A stretch of 38,221 bases of DNA, filler included, from Thelocarpon superellum (GCA_026025795.1; 12 parts of 12 records of this genome joined end to end with filler, not necessarily neighbours in it), one strand, 5' to 3'. Shown: positions 11,432 through 22,530, counted from the first letter of the whole stretch. Numbers and translations: made by a program. The notes: a model not told the origin generated them from the sequence alone.

Positions 11432-13622
11432 ATGTCCGTTATAATATGGTGCGCGCGACGCGTCGTCAGTCTCAGTCTGCTCCTGCTTGGATGTCTCCTC
11501 TATCTCGCCCTGCGCCCGGGTCCAGCACACGCGCCGGCCGGCGATCGCACCACCGCCTCCACCTCCACCTCCACCTCCACCTTTTCCTCCCTCACCCGCG
11601 GTGACGGCAACGGCAATGCCAATGCCAGCAAGGTCCCCGTCCCGCCCGAGAGCACGTCGCAGCGCATCTTCGTCGTCTACACCATCGTCGTCCATGCCCT
11701 CCTCTTCACCTTTCTCATGCGCGCCAGCTGGGCCGTGTGGAACACAACCAAGGCCCTGCGGTTGATCAATTCGCGCCAGCCCAGACGCTCCGTCCGCCTG
11801 AGCCGGCCGCTGAAGTCGGCCCTCGAGACGACCAAGTCCATCTCGTCGAGCGGATCGGACTTTGAGGACTCGAGCGTCGAGTATGATGCCGACGTGGAGC
11901 CGGATGAGGACACCATCCTGCACGCCATCCTGCTGCCCAACTACAAGGAAGACGTGGATACGCTGCGGGAGACACTCGAGGTGCTCGCGTGTCACCCGCA
12001 GGCCAAGTCGACCTACGATGTGAGTGTTCCCCGCGCTCTGGCCGGGTCGGGCCCGGCAGAACTGACGTCGCATGACCTCGTGCTAGGTCTATCTTGCCAT
12101 GGAGCAGAATGAATCGGGCGCCGAGGCGAAAGCCTGTGGGCTGATTGCCGAGTTTGCACGCTTCTTTCGCTTGTTGAACTTCACCATGCACCCCAAGGAC
12201 ATCCCGGGCGAGGCGCAAGGGAAGAGCAGCAACATCAGCTGGGCGGTGCGACAAGCGAGCGCCATGTACGCGGAGAAGAGATCGCGGGGCAACGTCGTGG
12301 TGACGGTCATGGATGGTGAGACGTTCGCTCCACGTGGGGTGTGACAAGGACTGACCCGTGTATCTTGGGTGCCACAGCGGATAGCCACCTCGCAGCGCGG
12401 TACTTCACGCTGTTGACGAACCTGCACCTGGCCCATCCCACCACCAACGACAAGACCGTCTACGTGCCTCCGATCGTGTTTGACCGGAACGCGCACGTGG
12501 TACCGACGTTGGTCCGGATCGCCGATCTCCTCTGGTGCAACGCCGGCTTGTCCGGACATTATGAGTCGTCGGCCATTCGACCGCCCACCTCGGTCTACTC
12601 CGTCCCGCTCAAGCTCGTCGATCGAGTGGGCGGGTGGGACACCGGTCCCGAGGCGATTGGCGAAGATCTCCACATGTACATCAAGTGCTTCTTCGGCCTG
12701 GCCGGCAACCTGACGACTCGGACCATCCTGAGCGCGGTCAGCCAGAGCAACGTGCACAGCGCCGAGCGAGGCTTCCGCGGCTTGATCGCCGACCATCGGG
12801 CGCGATACAAGCAAGCCCTCCGACACATGTGGGGCGGGCTGGACAGTGGATACGGGGTGATGAAGGCGTTTGAACTGTGGTGGTACGGGAGCACGACGGC
12901 GGATCTTATCGAGCCGGTGCATGTTACGCGGTGAGTCAGCATCCCGTCGCCCCACCCGACCGACGCTCGCGGGAGGAGAAAGCCGAGCACGCGCGCGCAC
13001 TCGAGCATACGAGAATACGAGAAGACGAAGCTAACGAGAAGACAGAACCACCTCGCCGCGATACAAAGATGACTCATCCGACGAGTCGGAGCGGCAGCAG
13101 TCGGCCAATGAGGCCGCCTTTGACAATACGCTTCGACACACGCACTACACCAACATGGCGGTGCTCTTCCACCGCTTGTTCGAGGCGCATTTCCTTCCGG
13201 CGCATTCGGTGATCATCCTCATCGTCACCTCGATCTACATGTTCTTCACCCCGCCCGGCGACATCCATCCGACGATGCAATGGGTGTTTGACGTGACGGG
13301 ATACATGCGCTTCTCGAGCTTCCTCGGGATGATCTGTGTGTTCTTCCTCTACGACGACTTCCACCACGCCTGCGTAAAGAACCGTGAGGACGAGATGCGC
13401 GCCGTTGGACTGGCCGACCGCATGCAAGGATCCTTCACCTACCGGAAAGCGCCGTCCAAGTACCTGGACTACTTCCTCTTTCCGATCGCGGGCATCATCT
13501 TCGGCTCGGCCCCGGCCATCCACGCGCAGGTTGCTCAATTCTGGAGTTTGAACATTGTCTACAGCGTGTCCAAGAAGCCGCCGCGAAAGGCGACCCCCTT
13601 TTCGTCGGAGATGTTAGTCTAA
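11432..13622 (+). CDS. Membrane-bound glycosyltransferase family 2 (GT-A) protein, 4 exons
   Basis: HAILLPNYKEDVDTLRETL, GKSSNISWA, MD|ADSH (DxD), GGWD...IGEDLHM and QALRHMW (QxxRW-like), with N- and C-terminal TM helices. Introns at about 12020-12087, 12316-12378 and 12931-13045. Confidence 0.85.
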
Positions 13623-14272
13623 CGCTCCGATGCGACAAGAGGTGTGGAGTGTGGAGTGTCTGTTCCTTTCTGTCCGAACGCCTACACTCGCCCTAATGAC
13701 CTCACGGTCTTTTCTTGGTCCCGTCAGCTAGGGGATTTGTCTGGTGTCTTTTTGGTCCTCCTTTACGTCCTTTCCTTTTGGTGTACATCTTTCATTTCTT
13801 GGCCGGGGACGGGGTCGACGCAGGAGACGGAGAGACGGAGAGACGGAGAGCTTCGTTGCATGCATCCTCCCATCCCCTCGCGTCCCCCATCCCCGATCGC
13901 AAGTATCAACCAGCATGCGTACAGAAGACGGGGCGGCGGAATACCGTCGATTCTTTGTTATTGGGAAGGGAAGAAATGAGTTTGGTGCGCGGTCGCTGGC
14001 ATTCCGTCTTTTTAGAAGGCACGACCGAGATGGCTTATCGTCCTCNNNNNNNNNNNNNNNNNNNNNNNNNNNNNNNNNNNNNNNNNNNNTTAATTAATTA
14101 ANNNNNNNNNNNNNNNNNNNNNNNNNNNNNNNNNNNNNNNNNNNNCGGAGGAAGGTCTCGAAGAACCTCATTCGAATCGCTTTGGTGACCTTGTTCAGGG
14201 TGTGGATGCTCTTCTTATACCCGTCTAAGAGTGTTGCCAGCTTAGCGAGGCGGTCCTCATGTATTTTCGTAA

Positions 14273-14362
14273 TGTAGGAATCAGAGCTGAATTGCTAATC
14301 TACGCGTAGTCGGGATAGTGATAGGAGTGGGCACGTGACCAGGTCACGTGCACGCTCCTACA
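14273..14362 (-). mobile_element. 90-bp non-autonomous element, copy A (MITE or very short solo LTR)
   Basis: Termini TGTAGGA...TCCTACA (7-bp TIR); TSD GTAA at 14269-14272 and 14363-14366. Reverse complement differs from copy C at 6 of 90 positions. Strand is given relative to copies B and C. Confidence 0.9.
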
Positions 14363-14950
14363 GTAAGAGGTTTGCATAGTCGCAGGGGGCAAGTCTTGAA
14401 ATACCTTTGGCAATCGAGACCGCTATATGAGGGACCCCCGGACAGAATATCGAGCTACTTATTGTGGAGTGGGAGTGCCCTTGAACATATCATACTCGAT
14501 ATGCAGATTGGTGTGGGGTGAGTCAAGGTATCTGTAGAGACGCGAGCAATGACGTAGAAGGAGTCCCCAAGCAACAAGCAATATATCATTGTTGGGCATG
14601 CCCCCCAGGTAAGCAGGATAGTTTGAGATCAGCATTTGGCGTACTCCGAGAACTATCCATAGCGAGAGGGATAGTAGCAGAGGGCGCATCCCGATATCTG
14701 GGCGCCCGAAATCATAGGCGGAAAGGGCACGCCATGGTATCATACCAGCTCATCACGTCCGAAGAGAGGAACAGGGCAGTCTGGTATCAGCGACGAGCCA
14801 TTGCTTTTCCATTCACGCACATACACCGAGCAGCCGCGCTTGACTAGATGCAACCTCTAGCTCCGGCAGGTCAATTTCGATACTGGATGGCGGCCTCGAT
14901 GGCAAGGAAAGATCCAACACAGGTCCAACTCTGCTATTCCGCTGTAATTG

Positions 14951-15747
14951 CTACCTTCCACCGTGGCGCACTTCTCTCGCAAACCAGAAATCCATCTGGT
15001 ACTCGGCATGATAAAGACACTCATACATGCCTTTCAGGCACAGATATTGCTCTTCGGCGTCTAGGAGAAAGTTACAGGATTTGCAGACGTCCCAATGCTC
15101 GGGATGCCAGCTAGAGAATTTCCAGTCGATGATGGCGGCGACATGCCCGTCCTTGACCATGACATTATGCAAGCCGCGATCGCCGTGGCTGAAGACAATA
15201 CGGTGGTCGGTGCGGTGTAGAGCGGCATACGTCTCGCGGTTATAGAGCGTGATAGATGGCCGTAGCTGCTCAAGCTGCCACTCATTGAATTCCAGCTCTA
15301 ACGCGAATGGACCAGCTAACACGGCCTGTTGCCTTCGGTCGGTCGCTGGTTCACCATCGATGGCGCCAATGAGCGTACTTTCGGGACACGGGAGGCGACG
15401 CATCTCGCGAGTGCAGGCTCCCAGCTCGTTGACGATGGTACTCCGTTGTGGTGGAGGAAGCCGATCCCACACCGAGTGGAGCATGTCCCTGTCGATGAAC
15501 TTCATGAGAATGTGACGACAACCCTCCTTCTCGTAGACCCAAGCACCTTTGGCACTAGGACGGTCGTATTCCGTCAAACGCAACGCATCGTCTCCGCCTC
15601 AGCCAGATGAATATTCGGTCCAATCTTGGCCACGACGTTTGTGCCGATTTTGAGCATTTTTCTAGGGCTGCCTCGGAAGCTCTGCAGCGCCGTGGCTTCC
15701 GCCAGGTCGTCGGGGGAAAGCTCCATCGTGCCAGATGTGAGATGCAT
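14951..15747 (-). pseudogene. Aminoglycoside-phosphotransferase/choline-kinase-like (APH, kinase-like fold) pseudogene
   Basis: VVAKIGPNIHLAEAETMRCV*RNTTVLVPKVL(frameshift)VYEKEGCRHILMKFIDRDML...IVFSHGDRGLHNVMVKDGHVAAIIDWKFSSWHPEHWD. In-frame TGA at 15574-15576, a 1-nt frameshift near 15540, and degraded HGDLxxxN and IDWExxGWxPxxWE motifs. Confidence 0.8.
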
Positions 15748-15899
15748 TGGCGTAGAGAGAAGCAAACAGGGTTGGCTAAGGCATCCTTGACGCTGTTCCG
15801 CTGTGCTCCGAGTCAGACTCGGGGTGACGTGACAGCTGAGCTACGACTGCCAGCCTTGGCGGTTCCGAGCTGCTGGCCCTATCGTTACTAACATAGGGC

Positions 15900-15990
15900 T
15901 GCAGGAGCGCGCACGTGATCTAGTCACGTGCCCACTCCTATTACCATCCCAGACTACGTGTAGATTAGCAACTCAGCTCTGATTCCTACA
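15900..15990 (+). mobile_element. 90-bp non-autonomous element, copy B (91 bp)
   Basis: TGCAGGA...TCCTACA; TSD GGGC at 15896-15899 and 15991-15994. Differs from the reverse complement of copy A by 8 transitions and a 1-nt insertion. Confidence 0.88.
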
Positions 15991-18190
15991 GGGCTATGTT
16001 AGAGCTCGCTCGGCGCGTCCACCAGCCGATGGTGGAACTTGAAACGCCCCGCCACTGGACGCATGCTGAGGCGCACCCACCCAAATCCTTCGCCCACCAC
16101 CTACCGCCCGTCCAGCCAATTACCCTGGCAGCGATTAGGCGCGAGCGACCTGCGCCCAATTCTTTATCGTCCACGCCGCAGCAGACATTATGGGATGGAA
16201 ATGATCTGCCACGCATCGACTCGCTTTTAATTAGGCATCCAGAGTGTGTAGCAGATCTATTTGATCTTTGGACAGGATGGTAGGTCATGCGTGGATTTCG
16301 GCTGGGTGCGCGCAGGTGTAGCCACCACGCGCAAACAGCATGAAACCGTCCTAAGGGCAGGTACTCCATCAGTCCATCTTCCACATCTGTGCCAACGATG
16401 TTCCCGTAAAAATGATGCCCCTCCTTCTTCGTTCTTCCATCCAGTGGTCCGCTCGACATGCCGAGGAGATGCTGAGACACACATCCTGCCAAAGGTCGAG
16501 GCGGATGCAAGAGGGGCGGGTCGGAGTGGGTCGAGCACTCCCTCTGCCCTGGCCGTCGCTTCCCCCTCGCCTCTCAGAGCCAGAACGAGACTTCTTTTCC
16601 TGGCCGGCTCGCGACGCCCCGCAACTACTAACTTTGGCCATAGAGCAAGCCGATTCTACAGTAGTGCATGTAGGGCCCCTGGGGAGTCACCCAATCGTGC
16701 CTCCGCCTGGGAAGCAAACGCCAGGTCCTAGATTTGTCGATCGCAGCACCATGTACGAGGACAGAATATACACGAGCGTCAAGTGGTTGGTAGCGATCCC
16801 TGTAAATGGTCCACGTGAATCACGATCGAGACTAGCCACAAGATATCATCAGAAGGAAGACGCCCCCGGTGCTCGCAGGGAAATAGGAGACACGCATCAC
16901 GGCCAGGGGCGGTCCAAGGGCCTTTGAGCTGAAGGGCGTGTCTCTGAGGATCTGGACGTGGAACGTTCTAGTAGATTGTACGCAGGAGAGAGCCCATATA
17001 CTCTCATCCCTCGAGACACCCAAGCCGACGTCATCAATTTTTGGGCTGCAAGTATCACAGGAGCCGGTAATAATAACGGAGGACTTCCCGGCGGAACGAG
17101 CGAATCGTTGCGACGCGAGAAGACGACGTCGTGTAATGGCGGACACACGTGCCGGGAGCACCTCACGTACAATGGCGTTATCCTTCGGTTGACGAAACGA
17201 GAAGCGCGCCAATATACCATCACTCAGGAGCGNNNNNNNNNNNNNNNNNNNNNNNNNNNNNNNNNNNNNNNNNNNNTTAATTAATTAANNNNNNNNNNNN
17301 NNNNNNNNNNNNNNNNNNNNNNNNNNNNNNNNGGACGGCCAGTAAGGGCCCTGTTTAATTTCCCGCCCCCCTTATCCCACGTTGTCGCCTCCCGGAACGC
17401 CAGCGAACATGGGCGTTAAGCTTCAACCCGGGCCGCTATGCAGTCGTCGTCCCCCAGATGCAGGGAGTGGTACAGGGGATCGAGTGACGGAGCACCGCTC
17501 AACGTGCGCTAGGTCCGAAGAACTCCGTGCGAAGACCTTGGTAACTACCGTTCCGTCGTTCTCGTACGATTGTATACACCGTCCTCCCTTTCTCCTCCGC
17601 CCTGGCTCACTACGGCAGTCCTCCTTCCTCCTTCCTCGTCCCCTAGTCCCTCGTCCCGTCACGTCCAGACTGCCCTGGCGCCCAAGGCGGATCGCGCTCG
17701 TGCAGCGTCGGCCAACGTTTGACCGGAATGTGATCCGTGCCATTTTTTCATGGTGTTCGCCTGGGCCGACTAGGATCGTCTGTCGTGCTACTGTACCCCG
17801 TACGCGGCCGAGCACACGCCCGGGCGGGAATCTTGCGGGCCTGATAATATCATGACGTCGGGCTATCACGCAGCTGCCACACGATACGCTGTGTGCTTCA
17901 GCGACCCATTCCTCCCGGCCACGCGATGGGATTGCGGGCGATGGACGAGCAACTATCGATGAGGGCACGAACAAAGTACAAATCGTCATGCCAATCCGCA
18001 CCGCCATTGACCGGGATTCGAGATGGGAGATGATTCATCTGACCCGCCACCGACCCCGCCATCTCCATCGGTGACCCCGACGATCATGAAACCCGTCCGT
18101 CTCTGGTGCGCACGGGCGCACGGGCCAGGATGTTTTGGTTGGCCGGAGCCGATGTGGTCACCGGCCTCGCTGTGGCGAGGCCGGTATCTA

Positions 18191-19787
18191 CTACGTCTTG
18201 CTACGCTGGCCATACGCCTTGGTGGCATAGTCGCCCCCTGTCACGATCAGGTCCTCGGGGCGGTAGTCATGCTTGCCCGTCAGGTAGCTCTCAAGGATGG
18301 CCTTGGTGCCGTTGGCGTACCGCCGCTGCGCGTCCAGCGACGTGCCCGACATGTGCGGCACCATGCCGTTGCCACCGCCAAAGGGATTCTTGGCGTATCG
18401 CAGCGGGTGGTCTTTGGGCGCGGGTTGAGGGAACCACACGTCGCCGCCGTAGCCCCGAAGATGGCCAGTCTTGAGCGCGGCGGCCACGTCTTCTTTGACC
18501 ACGATGGCTCCACGCGCGGTGTTGACGAGCCATGAACCTAGCCGTCCCGTTAGCCCGTGTGCTCGGTGCCCGACCACAGCGCGTGTGAGACGTGGAAGGC
18601 GCACCCTTTTTCATCTTCGCAATCAGTTCGCTGTTGAACAAGCCCCGCGTCTTCTCGTGCAATGGGCAGTTGATGGTCACCACGTCACATTGGCCCAGCA
18701 TCTCCTCGAGCGAGTCGACCCGGCGGCAGCCAATCTCCTTCTCCACCTCGGGTTTGAGCGGCTGGTAATCAAAGTAGAGCAACTCCTTGCATTCGAACGG
18801 CTTCAGCCGACGCAGCACCCGCTCGCCGATGCGGCCCACGGCCACGGTGCCGACCACCTTGTCCTCGAGGTCGAACTCGTTCTTGGCCACCGCGGCCACG
18901 TCCCACTTCCCCGCCTCGATCTGCTCGTGTGCTGGCACGAAGTTACGGACGAGGAGGAGGATAGTCATGACGACGTGCTCCGCCACGGACACGACGTTAC
19001 TTCCCGTCACCTCGGCCACGGTGATGCCTCCATTGGTCTTGTTGGCCGCGTCCAGGTCGACGTGGTCGGACCCGATGCCCGCCGTGATGGCCAGCTTCAG
19101 CTTCTTGGCCTTGGCCAACCGGTCGGCCGTGAGGTATCCGGGATGGAAGCTAAAAGACCGCGGATCAGCCCGGTGGCTCGCCCCGCCGTGCATCGTAGCA
19201 CTCACGGCGTCGTGACGATGACTTCAGAGTCGACCAACTCCTGGTCAAATTTAGAGTCGTCCCCTTCCTTGTCCGATGTCGTGACCAAGGTGTGGCCTTG
19301 CGCCTCGAGCCATTTGCGGATGCCCAGCTCATTTTCCGTCGTGCCTGTAGCCTGTCTCAGCCTTGTGGCTCCCCCCCGCCTCCCCGTCGGTGGCACCCAC
19401 CCAGCAATTCTGGAACTTGCGCCGCGTGCTCCCCACCCTACATCATCGCGGGGCATCAGCATCCAGGACACGTCACAGGGGGCCTTGGTCGTGACTTACA
19501 TCATACAAGACCATCAACACTTTGACCTATCGAAGACGATTCGTTAGCATGATTGCCGGGGCAATTGCGAGGATGCGTTGGGGACCATGACAGGGGAGAC
19601 ATGGTCGCTTGAACGAAAGGCTTCGGACCGAGTGATCGTTCGGCACACTGTACATCCGGACGCCATGGCGCTGGCGGAGCGACGTAGCTCCGAGAGACGT
19701 CCAGGCGGGGAGGGCACGAGCACTCCTGGCATAGAGGCAGGAGGATACGGGGCGCGCCAATCGCGAAACGGAGTGGAGCAATACCAT
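18191..19787 (-). CDS. FDH1: NAD-dependent formate dehydrogenase, multi-exon, with optional mitochondrial presequence
   Basis: [35 protein letters not shown]...TTP|FHPGYLT...[11 protein letters not shown]...[11 protein letters not shown]...NCPLH...VNTARG...[16 protein letters not shown]...[18 protein letters not shown] at 19787. Confidence 0.96.
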
Positions 19788-20150
19788 TATGACGGAGTGT
19801 GATGCCAACCTCCACGGGTGACCGAGATAATTGGGACGAGAGATTCAGACCGGGGGAGGGGTCGGTGGTCCGGGTGGGGATGAACTGAGCTGCGCTGAGG
19901 GGTATTGCGAGTTGCTCGGATTACCTGATACCAACGAGCAGCTTGGCTGTGTCGTCGCTTCGCTGATGACGTCGGTCCGAGTATTAGTCCGGCGACGGCC
20001 CGCTCAATGGCCGTACGGGAGAGCAGTACTCTTCTTCCTCGTACAGCAGGCGGTAGGGTGGGTCGAACGACTTGCCGGATCGCCGAGTTTCTGAGTACGA
20101 GAAGAATAAGACTTGCTCAAATGTGGGTCTCCAGGCCCATTAGCTTTCCA

Positions 20151-20156
20151 TTTATA
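20151..20156 (-). promoter_or_regulatory. Candidate TATA box (TATAAA) upstream of FDH
   Basis: TATAAA on the minus strand about 365 bp upstream of the FDH ATG in otherwise GC-rich DNA. Motif match only. Confidence 0.3.
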
Positions 20157-20302
20157 TTCTTCCCACAAAGGTCCTCGTCAGAATTGGTCACCCCCGCCCT
20201 CGCGGTCGCTGCCCCTCATCTTCCCCGTCGGTCCGACCGAGAAATATCCGGTCAAGGCTAGCTGACTCCAGTCACGATCCCCCGGGCCATGAGGGCACGA
20301 GG

Positions 20303-20394
20303 ACGAGTATAGCAGCCCACTACTTACGAGTATAGCAGCCCACTACTTACGAGTATAGCAGCCCACTACTTACGAGTATGGCAGCCTACTACTA
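20303..20394. repeat. 23-bp tandem repeat (ACGAGTATAGCAGCCCACTACTT) x4
   Basis: Three perfect units and one diverged unit, no spacers, 11 bp from the contig end. Confidence 0.95.
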
Positions 20395-21221
20395 GGACGG
20401 GTACGNNNNNNNNNNNNNNNNNNNNNNNNNNNNNNNNNNNNNNNNNNNNTTAATTAATTAANNNNNNNNNNNNNNNNNNNNNNNNNNNNNNNNNNNNNNN
20501 NNNNNTAGTAGTGGCAGTCGTGGCCGCGGATCGCTACCATCCCTGCATACCGCCTGTGGTACTCCGACCTCTCAACACGCTCCATCGGACTACGAAACGA
20601 TCGAGTCGTCGTGTGGTCATGATCCGTTTTGTACCATGTGCCCTTTGAATCAACTCGATCCCGGGCTCTGCCGTAATATGACCCGCCTCTGGATGCCCCG
20701 TCTCTACGCAGCGATTCAGCGACTTTCTCAGCCCCGCCGGCCCACCAGTGACCGTTTTACGGCCCAGTGGCTGGCTGGAGAGCTGTAAACACGCCCTAGC
20801 TAGAAGGGGGATAGCCCCGCGCCACAGTCCCGTACAAAACGTCGTCCACCTGGCAGGTTTCAGATTTTCTCCATCATTTAACTTATTGTCAAGATCCTCA
20901 ACAAACCCATGTAGGAGATAGTCTCACTGTTGTCTCTGCACATTCCCGAGTGATCGAGAGGGAACCATAGACGCCTTTCTAATCCTGATTCGTGCCCCAC
21001 TCGATGGGTGATTTGGGTTCGCTTCCGGCGCACAAATTGCAGAAGTTGATGTAGGTGGAAGCTGCCTTTGTCGTGGCCGTCCACCCTGTGGACTTCAGGG
21101 TCGTGTAGTGTCGAGAGCCAAATTCATTGCATCATCACGGGATTATCATACGTCTAGAGCCGAATGCGATTCATCTACCGTTCGTGGATTGTGGGTCGGA
21201 AGGATCAAGCACACGACTCGT

Positions 21222-22207
21222 TCATGTAACTGCCTTGCCGCCCTTGGACTTCTTAGGTCGCTTACCCTGTTTGGCTTTCCCCTTCACCACTTCGATCTCC
21301 TCCAAGACTGCCGGTGGCGCGTTTCCCGCTGTCGTCTGGACCGCCTCTATCAACGTCTCAGCATCTGCTGCAGATTCGCCAGCGGGTGGGATCTCTGCTG
21401 GCGCTTCGCCGACGGGCACGGCATCTACGCGCTTCAGCGCCGGGGCTTCGAAATCGTAGCCGATGGCCTTCAGCTTGTCCCGCTTCTTCTCCCGCTTCTG
21501 CATCTCCATCTCGACCTTTTTGTCCCAGGCTTCGCGCGTCCGAGGAGCATGTAACTTCTGGGCTTCGAGCTTGCTCCACGGCACCTTCTTGAAACGACGA
21601 TTGGCGCCTTTCCACAGCTCCGGGTGAACCTGCTCAAGTGGGACGGTCCGGCACTTGAGAATGTGTCCAAACAGCAGGTAGTTGTTCATCGTGTCGGCGA
21701 CGATCTGCGCCACCTCGGCGTCGGCGAACTCGATGAAGGCATAATGCTTACTGCGCCCAGTCTTGCGATTGCGGGAGAGGCGGAGCCGTGTGATGTCTCC
21801 AAATTGGGCAAAGTAGGCTCTCATTTCGTGCTCGTAGAATCCGTGAGGGATGCGTCTGGTCCAGGTCAGCGTCAAGGATCTCGGCGGTGTCTTGAACGCG
21901 TCTCATACCCCACGTAAACCACTCCGGGCTTGCCTGCGGTCTGGTCTTTGGTTCCCTTCAAGTTTCTCCGCAGCTTGCGGTCATTGGGGATCTCCGGCAC
22001 GTCGTTACCGGTCTGGAAGCCTTCTCCAGCCGCACCATCGTCGCTGTCTTCATCGACGCTTTCGAAGCCTTTGAGGAGGGCCGCCGTCTGGTCATCCACG
22101 TCCTCGTCGTGGGCGTCATCAACTTTGCGCTTCCGAGAGGAATTTTTGAGATTGAGCGCCGAGGCCGATGTCTTGCCTCTCTTCCTTTCTACGACGGCAG
22201 GGGCCAT
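21222..22207 (-). CDS. NOP15: Nucleolar RRM ribosome-biogenesis protein Nop15/NIFK, 2 exons
   Basis: KPGVVYVG|RIPHGFYEHEMRAYFAQFGDITRLRLSRNRKTGRSKHYAFIEF...IVADTMNNYLLFGHILKC...LWKGANRRFKKVPW. Confidence 0.92.
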
Positions 22208-22530
22208 GGTGACTGGCGGTAGAATTTCTTCGATTGGTCTGATCCTTGCAATCCGCCGGACATTCGTTAATTCTGCGTGAAAGGTCGCCTATCTTTACAC
22301 GGACGCCGGACGCCTGAGGAGCCGCACCTGAAATGATCCAGAGGATTCGCTTCGCCTGAGGTCGGTATTTTCCGAGGAGCCAATCACAAACCAGAGATTA
22401 TTCTATGTTCTGCTGGTCTGCGAGTGCTCCCTACCTCCGTCCAGTTGTCACCAGTATGAGAGCTTCCCGCAAGAGTATGCACAGTCACCTCGGTTCGATG
22501 ACCTCGTGATCGGAATGTTCCACGGCGACA

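Noticed and set aside
14146..14455. Minus-strand frame (...KIHEDRLAKL...IRMRFFETFL) that stays open when copy A and one TSD are removed
   Set aside because: Short, no clear start, truncated by the contig end and no recognisable family; insufficient to call a disrupted gene.
14951..15747. Horizontally acquired antibiotic-resistance gene
   Set aside because: APH-like kinases with EAxTMxxV and WxPxxWE motifs are a common expanded fungal family, and this copy is disrupted.
14273..15990. Composite transposon formed by inverted copies A and B carrying the APH-like gene
   Set aside because: Each copy has its own TSD (GTAA; GGGC), the outer flanks do not match each other, and the copies are about 10% diverged. 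These are independent insertions.
16003..17232. Possible transposase/integrase or kinase remnant (MEYLPLG) next to copy B
   Set aside because: No DDE, RT or further kinase motifs in any frame. No autonomous partner for the 90-bp element is visible in the window.
18471..19547. 358-aa ORF antisense to FDH, and similar long antisense ORFs over GT2, TAF7 and OPA3
   Set aside because: Expected stop-poor antisense frames of high-GC coding DNA; no recognisable motifs.
20303..20394. CRISPR-like array (23-bp repeats); likewise the 14-bp array at 10607-10732
   Set aside because: Head-to-tail units with no spacers, no cas genes, eukaryotic context. They are minisatellites.
20910..20917. Isolated TGTAGGAG, and a single GTCACGTG at 34321-34328, as further element copies
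   Set aside because: No adjoining similarity to the 90-bp consensus and no TSD.
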